Source: an uncultured Gammaproteobacteria bacterium
GTDB lineage: Bacteria; Patescibacteriota; Patescibacteriia; UBA9570; XYC2-FULL-38-9
DNA length: 64,000 nt
Assembly: GCA_964492735.1 (NCBI GenBank)
Contig: CAZBLE010000003.1
Location: 6,279-70,278, forward strand
Direction: 5' to 3'
Part shown: positions 1 through 10,473 of the stretch, one piece after another
How positions within the stretch are numbered: position 1 is the first letter of the stretch
Layout of the letters: each line of letters starts with the position of its first letter
The notes under the pieces: model-generated
What the model saw: the letters and a program-made list of their open reading frames with translations, nothing else
Database searches by the model: none
Told to the model about the DNA's origin: nothing
Translations under genes and position numbers: made by a program

Positions 1-136
1 CACCTACCCAGACTTTTGGTTTAACGTCCGCGGCAGTAACACTGAACCAAAATTACGTTTGAACCTTGAAGCAACGTCAGCTGCCGTATGCAAAGAAAAA
101 ACTGACGAAGTACTCGCACTGATTCGACAATAGACT

Positions 137-1672
137 ATGCAAACACGCACGCCGCTCGTTCTTGCGATTCTCGATGGTTGGGGACTTGCACCTCACTCAC
201 CGCACAACGCCATTGCCAATGCACACACACCGACCATTGATCGGCTGATGGCGCAATATCCATGGACAGCTATTGATGCATCAGGTGAAGCGATTGGTCT
301 GACGCCTGGTCATCAAGGCTCAACGGAAATGGGACATTTAATTATCAGCGCCGGGCGAAATGTCGTGTTGCCGCAAATGCGTGTTACCGCAGCGATTGAA
401 AGTGATGCGATTGCCACTATCCCAGCGTTTGCTCAAGCGATCGCACACGCCAAAAATACCGGTGCGAGACTCCATGTAATGGGCCTGCTTTCAAACGCCG
501 GGGTTCATTCATATGATGCGCTGTGCCACGCGCTGATTCGAGCAGCTGCCGCGGCGGGACTCACCTCTGACCAAGTGATTATTCATATCTTTGCAGATGG
601 GCGCGACACACCAAGCACTTCCCTTCCAGAACATGTTGCGCGTCTGCAAGAAGTCATGAACGAAACCGGCATCGGACGTATCGCAACTGTTCAAGGTCGG
701 TACTGGGCAATGGACCGCGACCACAACTGGGATCGTGTGGAGCGCGCCTACAACCTGCTTGTGCATGGCCGTGGCCGCACCGCCACTTCAATTGAAGATG
801 CAATCGCACACGCTCGAGCGCTGAATGAAACAGATGAATTTATTGAACCGACGATTATTGACGCAGATGGAGTGATCCGTGATGGCGACGCTGTGATCAA
901 TTTTAATTACCGCGTTGATCGAGAGATTGAAATTACGCAAGCGCTGATCGAGCATGATTTCACTGCCTTTGATCGTGGCGCGGCGCCCGCTATCCACTAC
1001 GTCGCAACTTTTCCGTATTATGAAACGATGGCGGCGCCAGCTGCTTTTGACCGAACAGAAACAGCTTTAGAAAATATCTTACCCGATGTGCTTTCAAAAG
1101 CTGGACTCACCCAATACCGTATTACAGAGACAGAAAAATGGGCCTATGTCACAAAAATTTTTAACGGCATGCGCGAAGACGCGGTCAGCGGAGAAACTCG
1201 CGAACTCATTCCTTCCGACGCTGTTGCAACCTTTGATCTCGCGCCAGAGATGAAGGCTCGTGAAATTGCGAGCGACATTGCGGAGCAAGTCAGTTCAAAT
1301 GCACATGACATCATTATCATCAATATCTGCAACGCTGACATGGTCGGCCACACTGGAAACTATGACGCAACAATTCGCGGCATTGAAACGGTTGATGCTG
1401 CAATCAAAACCATCAGCGACGCTGTCCTCAAAGCTTCCGGCACACTGATTATTACCGCTGACCATGGCAATGCAGAAACAATGAAACATGGTGACGCGAC
1501 GCCACACACCCAACACACAACAAATCAAATCCCGTTTGTTATTGTGAACGATGAACTCAAAAACCGAACACTGAATGCCGGCGGCAGTCTCCGTGATGTT
1601 GCGCCAACAATTCTTGAAATTCTCCAAATCGAAAAACCAGTCGAAATGACTGGCAAATCGCTGCTGATGTAA
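137..1672 (+). CDS. gpmI: 2,3-bisphosphoglycerate-independent phosphoglycerate mutase
   Basis: 511 aa. N-terminal LVLAILDGWG and the GHQGSTEMGH metal-binding motif are typical of iPGM. Full length with C-terminal ADHGNAE. Confidence 0.9.
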   Translation: MQTRTPLVLAILDGWGLAPHSPHNAIANAHTPTIDRLMAQYPWTAIDASGEAIGLTPGHQGSTEMGHLIISAGRNVVLPQMRVTAAIESDAIATIPAFAQAIAHAKNTGARLHVMGLLSNAGVHSYDALCHALIRAAAAAGLTSDQVIIHIFADGRDTPSTSLPEHVARLQEVMNETGIGRIATVQGRYWAMDRDHNWDRVERAYNLLVHGRGRTATSIEDAIAHARALNETDEFIEPTIIDADGVIRDGDAVINFNYRVDREIEITQALIEHDFTAFDRGAAPAIHYVATFPYYETMAAPAAFDRTETALENILPDVLSKAGLTQYRITETEKWAYVTKIFNGMREDAVSGETRELIPSDAVATFDLAPEMKAREIASDIAEQVSSNAHDIIIINICNADMVGHTGNYDATIRGIETVDAAIKTISDAVLKASGTLIITADHGNAETMKHGDATPHTQHTTNQIPFVIVNDELKNRTLNAGGSLRDVAPTILEILQIEKPVEMTGKSLLM

Positions 1673-1768
1673 TAAGAAAAAGGGCCGCGCAGAGTTTCAC
1701 CGAAGTGATTCTACACAGCCAGTCGCGAGCGGGCGCCAAGTGACCAAGAGCCGCAAGGCTCAAGAGAG

Positions 1769-2278
1769 CTACTTTTTAGGCACTACCGCTACGAAACGGC
1801 AGAAGAAGGCCCATTCACGCTCCAAGGTGTATGGGTTGTCTTCATCTCGAAAGCCGTCATGTTCGTACACAATCTCTTCTTCGCCCACAATTGCGACGAC
1901 AGGATTCCTATCGCCAGCCCTTTTATGGGCATCAAGGGCGGCACGAGCAACGAGCTTGTCCGGCTGATTGAGACCATATTCAACCATCTCGTCGAGCACA
2001 TCGTACCCAGAAGCATCGCGGCGCAAGTCGAGGAGAACGTAATGGACGATCTGAGGTCCGAGGCCTTCATAGTCAACCTCGACCTCAAAAACCTCCAAAT
2101 CTTCGAGCTTCGGTTTTGTAGCCTCAGCTATCAGGATTGCCGCCAATCTGGCAGCAACACCCTTCTTTGCGGTCAGCCGCAGAGCCTCCTTATCTCCGCC
2201 TGCACGCAGAACAGCCGCCGCAAGTGCCGCTCCAGCCTCAAACTCAATGCCATGCTGATCAGCCATAACTACCTCCAA
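1769..2278 (-). CDS. hypothetical protein (Ala/Glu-rich, 169 aa), no recognised domain
   Basis: Intact ORF with slightly elevated GC (~55-57 %) relative to neighbours. No motif I can assign. Confidence 0.4.
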   Translation of the reverse strand: MEVVMADQHGIEFEAGAALAAAVLRAGGDKEALRLTAKKGVAARLAAILIAEATKPKLEDLEVFEVEVDYEGLGPQIVHYVLLDLRRDASGYDVLDEMVEYGLNQPDKLVARAALDAHKRAGDRNPVVAIVGEEEIVYEHDGFRDEDNPYTLEREWAFFCRFVAVVPKK

Positions 2279-2439
2279 TCCTACTCAGGAATTATTCCTG
2301 AGAGTGTGCGATTCATCATTCGCAGCCAAAAAAGCAGAATAGATTTCTATTACTGACTTTTTCGCTACGAATGAAGATGAAAAGAGCGATCTATCTCGCA
2401 AAAATAGACCCAAATATATACCATTTTTTATTTATTTTG

Positions 2440-3801
2440 TCAAACTCCCAACTCTTCAACCGCTGCTCGAAACTGATCTCCCCGATCTTCGTAATTTTTG
2501 AATATCGAATAACTTGGCGCAGCACATGACAGAAGCGCAACACCATCGGATGGTGTGTTCGCATAGGCAAACTCAACAGCCTCACGCATTGATTCTGTTT
2601 CAAAAAATTGCGTCCCGTATGCCACTTCCCCCCACTGCTCTCGAATGGTTTTTCCAGAATCTGGAAATAGAATAATATTTTTAATCTCTCGACGTTTGAG
2701 CTCGGCAATCAGCTCTGTAAAGTCATACCCCCGATCTAAGCCTCCCAAAAAAATCGTCTGGACCGCATCAATTGATCGCAATGCCGCAAGTGTCGCCTCT
2801 GGAGTTGTCGCGAGTGAATCATTCACAAACGTCACGCCTTTATATGTCCCAATAAGTTCTAAACGATGTGGTAATGGCTTAAAGGTTTTGAGTGCTTGTG
2901 CAATGGCTTCATTTTCTACCCGTAATTGTTTTGCGGCTGTGATAGCGAGTAATATATTTTTTGTATTATGCTCTCCAAGTAATTTACAATCTGAACGTGG
3001 AGCAATTTCTTCTGCATCAAAAAACAATAACCCATCACGAGAAGAAGCACCTTCGTGCACATTCGCCGCTGGCACAGGCAATGGTCGTGCGGCGGACTGA
3101 TCTACTCGAGCACACAATTCTGTGCTCGCGGCATTATAAATCACTAACTGCAATGCTGACTGCATTGTCGTAACACGTAATTTATCGCGGTAATACTCTT
3201 CAATGCTTCCATGGTAATCAATGTGTTCAGGAAATAACTCAGTAAGCACCGCAATCCCTGGTCCGCGATCCAATAACCGCGCTTGATAGCTACTAGTTTC
3301 TACGACATACACATCTTCAACTGTATTATGCTGCGCTAGCATTTCCACGCTAGAAATACCAATGTTCCCTACAAAATGCGCTTGCTTGCCTCCAGCGATC
3401 AACATGTCATAAATCAATGATGAAGTTGTCGACTTCCCTTTTGATCCAGTAACCATAATCACCGTCCCAAGGCATTCTCGTAAAAAAATCGCCGTTGCAT
3501 TTGTCATCAGACGTGCCGTTGCGAGCAATGGTGTTGTTGGTGGAATTCCAGGAGACACAACAACCAAATCCCATTCTTCTAAAGTTTCTGGGTATTTTTT
3601 ACCATAGAGCTCTGTCACTCCAGGCAGTGCAAATCGCACCTTCTGCTCATCTGCAATGGTCACTTCAATATCTGGGTATGCTGTTCGAAAATACATTGCC
3701 GCACCTTGCCCTTCTCGGCCCGCACCCAAAATTAATACACGCTTGCCGGCATGATGCTCAAAAAAGCTGTCGAGTTTTTCTGAATACAATTGTTCACTCA
3801 T
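2440..3801 (-). CDS. murD: UDP-N-acetylmuramoyl-L-alanine--glutamate ligase (MurD family; could be a MurD2-type L-Glu ligase)
   Basis: 453 aa. N-terminal Rossmann-like GAGREGQG, Mur-ligase P-loop TGSKGKST, and VVETSSYQ. Its start ATG overlaps the stop of the upstream ORF (ATGA). Confidence 0.85.
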   Translation of the reverse strand: MSEQLYSEKLDSFFEHHAGKRVLILGAGREGQGAAMYFRTAYPDIEVTIADEQKVRFALPGVTELYGKKYPETLEEWDLVVVSPGIPPTTPLLATARLMTNATAIFLRECLGTVIMVTGSKGKSTTSSLIYDMLIAGGKQAHFVGNIGISSVEMLAQHNTVEDVYVVETSSYQARLLDRGPGIAVLTELFPEHIDYHGSIEEYYRDKLRVTTMQSALQLVIYNAASTELCARVDQSAARPLPVPAANVHEGASSRDGLLFFDAEEIAPRSDCKLLGEHNTKNILLAITAAKQLRVENEAIAQALKTFKPLPHRLELIGTYKGVTFVNDSLATTPEATLAALRSIDAVQTIFLGGLDRGYDFTELIAELKRREIKNIILFPDSGKTIREQWGEVAYGTQFFETESMREAVEFAYANTPSDGVALLSCAAPSYSIFKNYEDRGDQFRAAVEELGV

Positions 3802-5174
3802 AAAATTGATTGTTTCATAATTTCAATAGCTGGGGCAAATTGCTGAGGAATGTGACTTACATCTCCAAACGCACGTACATCTTGTAATGCTGTTTCAGCA
3901 TCAAGCTCTGCATGAATGCGGTTATATGCCTGAATCAATATATCATTTACATAATCTGATTGAACACTTAATTGCTCCAATGCAATAATCATTTCGTTTG
4001 GTGTGCCGACACACTCAAATGGCTTAAACGCAGAAATCCCAAGAAGTTCTAAAAACACTTCTTCGTTTATGGCGTTTTCTAATGGGTTACTACCCATAAT
4101 TGCAATAAGCTCTTGTTTTGACATGTGTGGCGCTAAGAGCGTTCCAACAAAGACACACTTTGGACAGACTCCGCACCAATAGGCCGTGCTTGTAGTAGGT
4201 ACTGATGAAGTTTGTGTAAAATTCCGATTACAACTACTAAAGAGTCCTGACCATTTTTCACAATCTTGAATAAATAATTTGGTAATTTGAAATTCGTATA
4301 ATGGTCGCAATAGACTGCAATAAGCAACAGGAATTGCATGAAGCGAAAGATGCTCTTGCAACATAGTTTCAAATTCAAGACTCTTACTCCATTGGTGATT
4401 AATTTCTTCGCCAAGATATTGCACGTTTCCATAATTTGCACTGCGCTCATTACTCAAGACAACAGATGAATGACCATTCAACACCGCAACCGCGATACTG
4501 CTCAAAGCATAGATAACAGAAATAGGAATGTGCCCATTATATGCACCTGTACGATTCAGCTCAAATAATTGCGGATCGATTGTTCTCAACACACGATGAT
4601 GTGGCGTCCCAATTTTTTTCACCTGCTCTTCAATAATTGGATACACACCAAGACTCACTGTTTCAAATGCTATTCCTGCGCGCTGTAAAATACCAATGGT
4701 TGTCAGCGAATCCTTTCCTCCGCCAAGTGGAACCAGGACAGCTGCTGTGTGCGCAAGAGAATCTACTGACTCGGGCTTCGGCGCAATAACCTCATCTGTT
4801 GATGATGGAAATTGCACAAGTCCGTGAAAATCAATTCTATTTTGATAAAAAAATTCTCCCAGTCCTTTTGTATACACTGTGTTCCAAAATTCCGCATCTG
4901 CTTTTGAGAGTCTGCCTGACTGCACTTGCAATTGTTGAGAACACGCTGCTTTCCAATAACTCATGCCCAATGCAAGATGCAGATCAAATAACACACGTTG
5001 AAATGCCGCTGTGTTCCCCTGCGTCCCAGGTGCGTCAAATTGAACCGTTTCTGTAAAATGGACTGACTCTTTCCCTTGTTCTTCTATCCGATAGAAAAAA
5101 TGCGCAATCTTTTTGCCTGCGTCAAAATCAAATGACTCAAAAATAAACGTGGAATTGCTGGTAAACATACGCAA
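3798..5174 (-). CDS. PP-loop (SGGxDS-type) ATP pyrophosphatase superfamily protein, translationally coupled to murD; candidate MurL-like glutamate epimerase
   Basis: 458 aa. Has VLVPLGGGKDSLTT (PP-loop) near residue 150 and a C-terminal CGVCPKC cysteine cluster. Stop overlaps the murD start (ATGA at 3798-3801). Confidence 0.6.
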   Translation of the reverse strand: MRMFTSNSTFIFESFDFDAGKKIAHFFYRIEEQGKESVHFTETVQFDAPGTQGNTAAFQRVLFDLHLALGMSYWKAACSQQLQVQSGRLSKADAEFWNTVYTKGLGEFFYQNRIDFHGLVQFPSSTDEVIAPKPESVDSLAHTAAVLVPLGGGKDSLTTIGILQRAGIAFETVSLGVYPIIEEQVKKIGTPHHRVLRTIDPQLFELNRTGAYNGHIPISVIYALSSIAVAVLNGHSSVVLSNERSANYGNVQYLGEEINHQWSKSLEFETMLQEHLSLHAIPVAYCSLLRPLYEFQITKLFIQDCEKWSGLFSSCNRNFTQTSSVPTTSTAYWCGVCPKCVFVGTLLAPHMSKQELIAIMGSNPLENAINEEVFLELLGISAFKPFECVGTPNEMIIALEQLSVQSDYVNDILIQAYNRIHAELDAETALQDVRAFGDVSHIPQQFAPAIEIMKQSIL

Positions 5175-5221
5175 AACCTATCATTTTTTGGGCCAAAAAT
5201 CAACCTATACCGCAAAAACTC

Positions 5222-6244
5222 CTACCGACCAACTCCAATAATGTCACTCACTTGCTGTAACTTTACAGCCGCAATCTCTGTAGCACGACGCGCACCATCG
5301 TCAAGAATCGCATCAAGCGCGGCCTCGTCAGCGAGTAACGCATGCATACGTTTTTGAATTGACTCCATCCAAAGAACGATATCTTCAGCCATTTGTTTTT
5401 TAAACGCGCCATATTGCTGCCCTGCAAACTGCTCGGTCAAATCAACGATTGAGCGACCTGTTAATGCGGAGTAAATGGTCAACAAATTTGTCAGCTCTGG
5501 CTTGTCACTCCCCGCTCGTACTTCAAACTTCTCATCTGAATCTGTGACTGCTTTCATGATTTTTTTCCGAATGACATCTGGCTCATCTGTAAAAGAAATA
5601 TAGTTCCATTCTGAAGAGGCGGACTTACTCATTTTTTTTGTCGGATCATCAAGGCCCATAATCCGCGCACCATCCGGTTTAATCATCGGCTCCGGAACAA
5701 CAAACACGTCTGTGTTGTAATAACTATTCACACGCTCTGCCAAATCACGCGTTAATTCAACGTGTTGTTTTTGGTCATCACCAACTGGCACGACAGCGGT
5801 GTCATAGAGCAAAATATCGGCCGCCATGAGCACTGGATATGAAAATAATCCAACATTATTATTTGAATCTTGTTTCCCTTTTTTATCTTTAAACTGCGTC
5901 ATCCGCTCCATTTCACCCATATAGGCAAAGGTATTCAAAATCCACCCAAGCTGGGTGTGAGCCGGCACATCTGATTGCACAAACAAAATAGATTTTTCTG
6001 GATCAATCCCGCATGCAATATACAGCGCTGCGAGTTCACGAGTCGCACGACGAAGCGCACCTGGATCTTGCCGAACAGTGATCGCATGTAAATCAACAAT
6101 AGAGAAAACACTATCATGTGTTTCTTGAAGAGTGAGCCACTGCGAGATTGCGCCAATATAATTTCCGATATGGAGGTTGCCGGTTGGTTGAATTCCTGAG
6201 AAAAGTCGTTGTTTCATATGTGTCAGTATAGCTGAAAATGCCAA
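5222..6244 (-). CDS. trpS: tryptophan--tRNA ligase
   Basis: 340 aa. Class I HIGH-region (FSGIQPTGNLHIGNY) and KMSKS motif present. Confidence 0.9.
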   Translation of the reverse strand: MAFSAILTHMKQRLFSGIQPTGNLHIGNYIGAISQWLTLQETHDSVFSIVDLHAITVRQDPGALRRATRELAALYIACGIDPEKSILFVQSDVPAHTQLGWILNTFAYMGEMERMTQFKDKKGKQDSNNNVGLFSYPVLMAADILLYDTAVVPVGDDQKQHVELTRDLAERVNSYYNTDVFVVPEPMIKPDGARIMGLDDPTKKMSKSASSEWNYISFTDEPDVIRKKIMKAVTDSDEKFEVRAGSDKPELTNLLTIYSALTGRSIVDLTEQFAGQQYGAFKKQMAEDIVLWMESIQKRMHALLADEAALDAILDDGARRATEIAAVKLQQVSDIIGVGR

Positions 6245-6302
6245 TGGACTGCAATTCCACTGAAATTATTATATGTATATTTGAGACGAGGATGGGTGCC
6301 AT

Positions 6303-6346
6303 CGAAAACGATCCGCGAAGGAGCGCAGCTCCGCCGTGGGTTTTCG
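6303..6346 (-). terminator. nested GC-rich stem-loop between the rnj stop and the trpS start (weak intrinsic terminator or structured element)
   Basis: Outer inverted repeat CGAAAAC/GTTTTCG encloses inner GGAGC-gca-GCTCC. On the minus strand it is followed by GTTTTCG, a weak T-run. Confidence 0.3.
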
Positions 6347-6369
6347 AAGCAACCTCAACGTCGTAATCC

Positions 6370-8487
6370 TTACACCTCAATAATAACAGGCAAGATCATT
6401 GGTTTACGCTGTGTGCGCTCAAACAAGAACATGCCTAAGTCATCGCGTAATTTATTTTTGATATAGGCAGCATTTGGTGTTTCATTTTGAAGATGTGGTG
6501 ACACAATATCAACAACTTTCTTCCGCGCATCATCCATTAATTGAGTACTTGATTTCGCGTATACAAATCCACGTGAAATGATGTCTGGTGTTCCAATGAC
6601 TTTTCCAGATTTCGCATCAAGCGTCATGATCACAACCAACATTCCATCTTCAGACAATAATTGACGATCACGCAGTACAACTTCAGAAATATCACCAACA
6701 CCAAGGCCGTCGACAAACACGTAATCAGATACAATCTTTTCGTCTGTTAAACGTCCTTCGCCATTCATGAATTCCATCACCTGCCCGTTACTGGTAATAA
6801 AGACTTTGTCTTCAGTCCATCCGAGCTCGCGAGCCACTAACCCATTGTCATGCAACAAATGAAGATTTCCTTCAACTGGTACATAATATTTTGGATTCAC
6901 CATCCGCAATAACAATTTAATGTCTTCTTTTTGCGCATGACCACCGGCATGGACATCCATCATTTGATAATGAATCACTGTCGCACCTTGGCGAATCAAT
7001 AAGTCTTTCAAAGATTGGACAGAACGTTCATTGCCAGGGACAACTGATGAACTGAAAATCACCATATCACCAGCATGTACTTTGAAGAAACGATGCTCCC
7101 CTTGCGCAATACGCATCATTGAAGCATTTTCCTCGCCTTGCGCACCTGTTCCGACGATCAACAATTTTTCTGGAGACAGACGCTCTGCATCTTCAGCCTT
7201 AATAATTGTGTCATTTTTCACCGTTAAATACCCGAGTTGTTTTGCGATCTCAACGTTTGTTTTCATTGAAAAACCTTCAAGCACAACTTTACGTCCGAGC
7301 TTCTCCGCACTCCACAGCAGCTGCTGCACGCGATTTAAACTCGATGCGAATGTCCCAACAATAATGCGGCCCTTCGCCTTCGACATAATGTCTTCAATGT
7401 TTTGGCCGATGGTACTTTCAGAAATTTGTTGACCTGGTTTACTTGCATTTGTTGAATCACCAAGCAGTGCCAAAATACCTTCTTGTCCGAGACGTGTCAG
7501 TTTTGCAAAATCAGTCACCTGATCACCAATTGGTTGTAAATCAAATTTAAAGTCACCGGTATGTAAAATTGTTCCTTCTGGAGTTCGCACAACGATCGCC
7601 AATGAATCTGGGATACTGTGATTAATCCGCACAAATTCGACAATCAAGTTTCCAAGATGGAGCTGACCATCAATATCCACCTGACGCAAATCTAATTTTG
7701 GTGTATGTGCAAAATCATCTTGGCGTTTCGCAATTAACCCCAAAGAAAGTGGTGCTGAGAAAATTGGTGGGTTATGCAATAACGGCGCTAAATGTGGAAT
7801 TGCTCCAATATGATCATAATGACCATGGGTAATAATAATACCGCGAATATTTTTTTCTTTTCCTTTCAAGTACGACACATTTGGAATAACGTAATCGATT
7901 CCTGGCATTTCTTCTTCTGGAAACTGAAGACCACAATCAATCAAAATGATATCTTCACCATATTCGATTAATGTCATGTTCCGACCGACTTCTTCCGCGC
8001 CACCAACGACGATTACGCGCAATTTTGTCTTACCGTCAGACTCCATTGGTTTTAAAATTTTTGCAGTACCTGCTGGACTTGGCATTCCTGTGCCACCGTG
8101 TTCCCCTGGTTTTTTCCAATTACGTGCAATGTCTTTATCAACACCTTTTGGTCGACGACCACCGCCCGCACGACCACCTTGGCCACCTCCGCCACGACGA
8201 TTTCCACCGCCTCCGTTGCCATTACCGCCTGGGCGACGATTTTGTCCACCTTGACCACCTGTAGGACGACCACCTGCTGGGGCTGGTTTTTTTGCGGGTG
8301 CTAAAATTGTATCAATTGCACCTGGTTGAATTGGACGTGTGCGTCCAGCTGGAGCGCGCATGACTTGTGTATTTTGTCGCGCTGTTTGCGCGGCATCTCC
8401 TGTGGCACCAGTCGTTTTGCGACGAATGTCTGTTAAAAAGCGAGACTTTCCCGCGGGTTGTGTTTGTTGTGTAGAATTTGTATTCAT
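6370..8487 (-). CDS. rnj: ribonuclease J (metallo-beta-lactamase/beta-CASP RNase) with ~150-aa Gly/Arg-rich N-terminal extension
   Basis: 705 aa. HGHYDHIGA metallo-beta-lactamase motif within the RNase J core. N-terminus contains GGQGGQNRRPGGNGNGGGGNRRGGGGQGGRAGGGRRP. Confidence 0.85.
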   Translation of the reverse strand: MNTNSTQQTQPAGKSRFLTDIRRKTTGATGDAAQTARQNTQVMRAPAGRTRPIQPGAIDTILAPAKKPAPAGGRPTGGQGGQNRRPGGNGNGGGGNRRGGGGQGGRAGGGRRPKGVDKDIARNWKKPGEHGGTGMPSPAGTAKILKPMESDGKTKLRVIVVGGAEEVGRNMTLIEYGEDIILIDCGLQFPEEEMPGIDYVIPNVSYLKGKEKNIRGIIITHGHYDHIGAIPHLAPLLHNPPIFSAPLSLGLIAKRQDDFAHTPKLDLRQVDIDGQLHLGNLIVEFVRINHSIPDSLAIVVRTPEGTILHTGDFKFDLQPIGDQVTDFAKLTRLGQEGILALLGDSTNASKPGQQISESTIGQNIEDIMSKAKGRIIVGTFASSLNRVQQLLWSAEKLGRKVVLEGFSMKTNVEIAKQLGYLTVKNDTIIKAEDAERLSPEKLLIVGTGAQGEENASMMRIAQGEHRFFKVHAGDMVIFSSSVVPGNERSVQSLKDLLIRQGATVIHYQMMDVHAGGHAQKEDIKLLLRMVNPKYYVPVEGNLHLLHDNGLVARELGWTEDKVFITSNGQVMEFMNGEGRLTDEKIVSDYVFVDGLGVGDISEVVLRDRQLLSEDGMLVVIMTLDAKSGKVIGTPDIISRGFVYAKSSTQLMDDARKKVVDIVSPHLQNETPNAAYIKNKLRDDLGMFLFERTQRKPMILPVIIEV

Positions 8488-8598
8488 ATCTATTATATCT
8501 ATTTAGTAGAATTGTGTGTCGTTGATTCACCCTCAGGCAGCAAAACAAATGTTGCAACGCGCGAGTTAATCAACCGCACCAATTCTCTGTATTATTAA

Positions 8599-10443
8599 TT
8601 ATTGTGATTTAAATTGTCGATTAGATTTGATGTACCATTGTGCAACTGTAGAAAAACGGTCAGATGGAACAGAGATATACTGCGTTGGATTCACGCCCCG
8701 AATTTTTTTATGCATTGCATACGGATACGTAGAATTGTACAAGAAAATTGCTGGAACACCTTCTGCGATACGAGTTTGAAATTGCATATATTTATCTCGT
8801 CGCTCATCATCAGATGTGGTTTTACGAGCTTGATCAAGCAGTGTATCTGCTTCTCGGTCTCGGAAAATTGCCAAACTAAGCCCCGGAGCTTCTTGTTGAG
8901 ATGAGTGCCAGAATGGATATGGATCTGGGTCTGTGCCAACAATTTGCGCGAATAACAGTGCGTCATAATCACGATTCTTGATCGTTGTTGTTTGGATATC
9001 TTGCGCGCTCGCAGTTGTAATATTCACTTTCACGCCCACTGCTTTCCACTCACGTTCTAATTCCTGAGCGGTCTGTTCATATTCTGGAATACTCGCAGTT
9101 ACAAGTGAGAATTCTAATTTCTTTCCGTCTTTTTGGCGCGGTTCAAATGGCTCTGAATTTGCATCTTTGCCTTCTGGATACTTCCAATTTGCCTCTTCTA
9201 AGAGCTTTGTACTTTCTTGAATATTTTGCGCATATTCACCAACACTTGGATTATACCCTAAATATCCAGGCAAAATTGGTGTATGAATCACCTCTGCTTG
9301 GCCTGCAAATACATCTTGTACAATCTGTTGTTTATTTAGCGCATATGCCAATGCTTTACGCACTGCCCCTTCTTGCAACACCGCAGACTTTTGCTGATTA
9401 AAAAATACTGCTGTGTATTGTGGAATGCGTAAATGCTGCAATGTGAGATCATTATTTTTCTTTTGGATTGTCGCCCAATCAGACCCTGAAAAAAATGCTA
9501 GCCCTTCAACTTTATGGGACTGCAATGCATCAATAACCGTTGCTTCGTCTGGAAAAAACGCAAACTGCATTTTTTCAATATGTGGCTTTGTGCCGTAATA
9601 CTCATTATTGCGCTTTAAATCCACTGACTTAATCGTCCCTTCACGATCTTTTTTTACAGTATCAATCATGTACATACCACTGCCGACCGGAGTAAGGTTA
9701 TGCTCATTTAAACCAATTGTTTGAGGTGTCACATCAAACCAAATATGTTTCGGTAAAATACCAAACGTCAATGTTGTTAAAAACGGAGCAAACGGCTCTT
9801 TTAATGCGAGAGAGAATGAATGGTCATCAATTTTTGTTGCTGTCACTCCTTTTAAAGACGCGAGCAAAGGGCTTTGGTACAGCGGATCTTGAATGAGTCC
9901 AATTGTAAATAAGACATCATCTGCTGTTAACTCTTGCCCATCATTCCATTTTACATCATGGCGCAAGAAGAATGTATAGGTTTTTTTGTCCTCAGAAAGC
10001 GTGTAGTTCGTAATGACATCAGGTTGCAATGTTTGGTTACCATCGTATTGAAAAATACTTGAAAACAGCAATTTTGTGAGGTCAGAGTCGACATCAGACA
10101 ACGGTGATAATACTGGGTTAATGTATTGCGGCGCACCAACAACACCTTCTGTGTACATTCCCCCATCCTGCGGCATCACAACTGTTGCGTTAAAATAGCC
10201 ACGAATAGAAAGAACAGGGACTGCTATAAGAACAATCGCAATCGAAAGCCAAGTAATAAACCGCTCACGACCAGTTAATAAGCGAAAAAAATAGGTTATT
10301 TGACGCCATGAGGGAATTTTCCGATTCGGAGTTGTCATATAGACCAGTTGCTCAGTAGAAGCGTCCGGACGAAAACGACGAAGTCGGGCAGCGATCGAAT
10401 CAGAGACAGATTGTGTAACAGATTGTTTCATAATAAAAGACAA
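8599..10443 (-). CDS. extracellular solute-binding protein, family 5 (peptide/nickel-type SBP) with N-terminal membrane anchor
   Basis: 614 aa. N-terminal TM helix (WLSIAIVLIAVPVLSI) followed by a large domain typical of OppA/DppA-like binding proteins. No adjacent ABC permease or ATPase genes. Confidence 0.65.
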   Translation of the reverse strand: MSFIMKQSVTQSVSDSIAARLRRFRPDASTEQLVYMTTPNRKIPSWRQITYFFRLLTGRERFITWLSIAIVLIAVPVLSIRGYFNATVVMPQDGGMYTEGVVGAPQYINPVLSPLSDVDSDLTKLLFSSIFQYDGNQTLQPDVITNYTLSEDKKTYTFFLRHDVKWNDGQELTADDVLFTIGLIQDPLYQSPLLASLKGVTATKIDDHSFSLALKEPFAPFLTTLTFGILPKHIWFDVTPQTIGLNEHNLTPVGSGMYMIDTVKKDREGTIKSVDLKRNNEYYGTKPHIEKMQFAFFPDEATVIDALQSHKVEGLAFFSGSDWATIQKKNNDLTLQHLRIPQYTAVFFNQQKSAVLQEGAVRKALAYALNKQQIVQDVFAGQAEVIHTPILPGYLGYNPSVGEYAQNIQESTKLLEEANWKYPEGKDANSEPFEPRQKDGKKLEFSLVTASIPEYEQTAQELEREWKAVGVKVNITTASAQDIQTTTIKNRDYDALLFAQIVGTDPDPYPFWHSSQQEAPGLSLAIFRDREADTLLDQARKTTSDDERRDKYMQFQTRIAEGVPAIFLYNSTYPYAMHKKIRGVNPTQYISVPSDRFSTVAQWYIKSNRQFKSQ

Positions 10444-10473
10444 ATGAAGCTGACTGCAGTAATCGGTTGTCGA

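Noticed and set aside
1769-2278. Possible sixth GC-rich islet (hypothetical 169-aa gene at ~55-57 % GC)
   Set aside because: The neighbouring gpmI is itself ~50-52 % GC, so the contrast is too small to call foreign origin. It is kept only as a hypothetical CDS.
6245-6369. T-box riboswitch leader upstream of trpS
   Set aside because: The intergenic region is only 125 nt and lacks the conserved T-box sequence (AAUUAGGGUGGNACCGCG). The nested hairpin fits an rnj terminator better.
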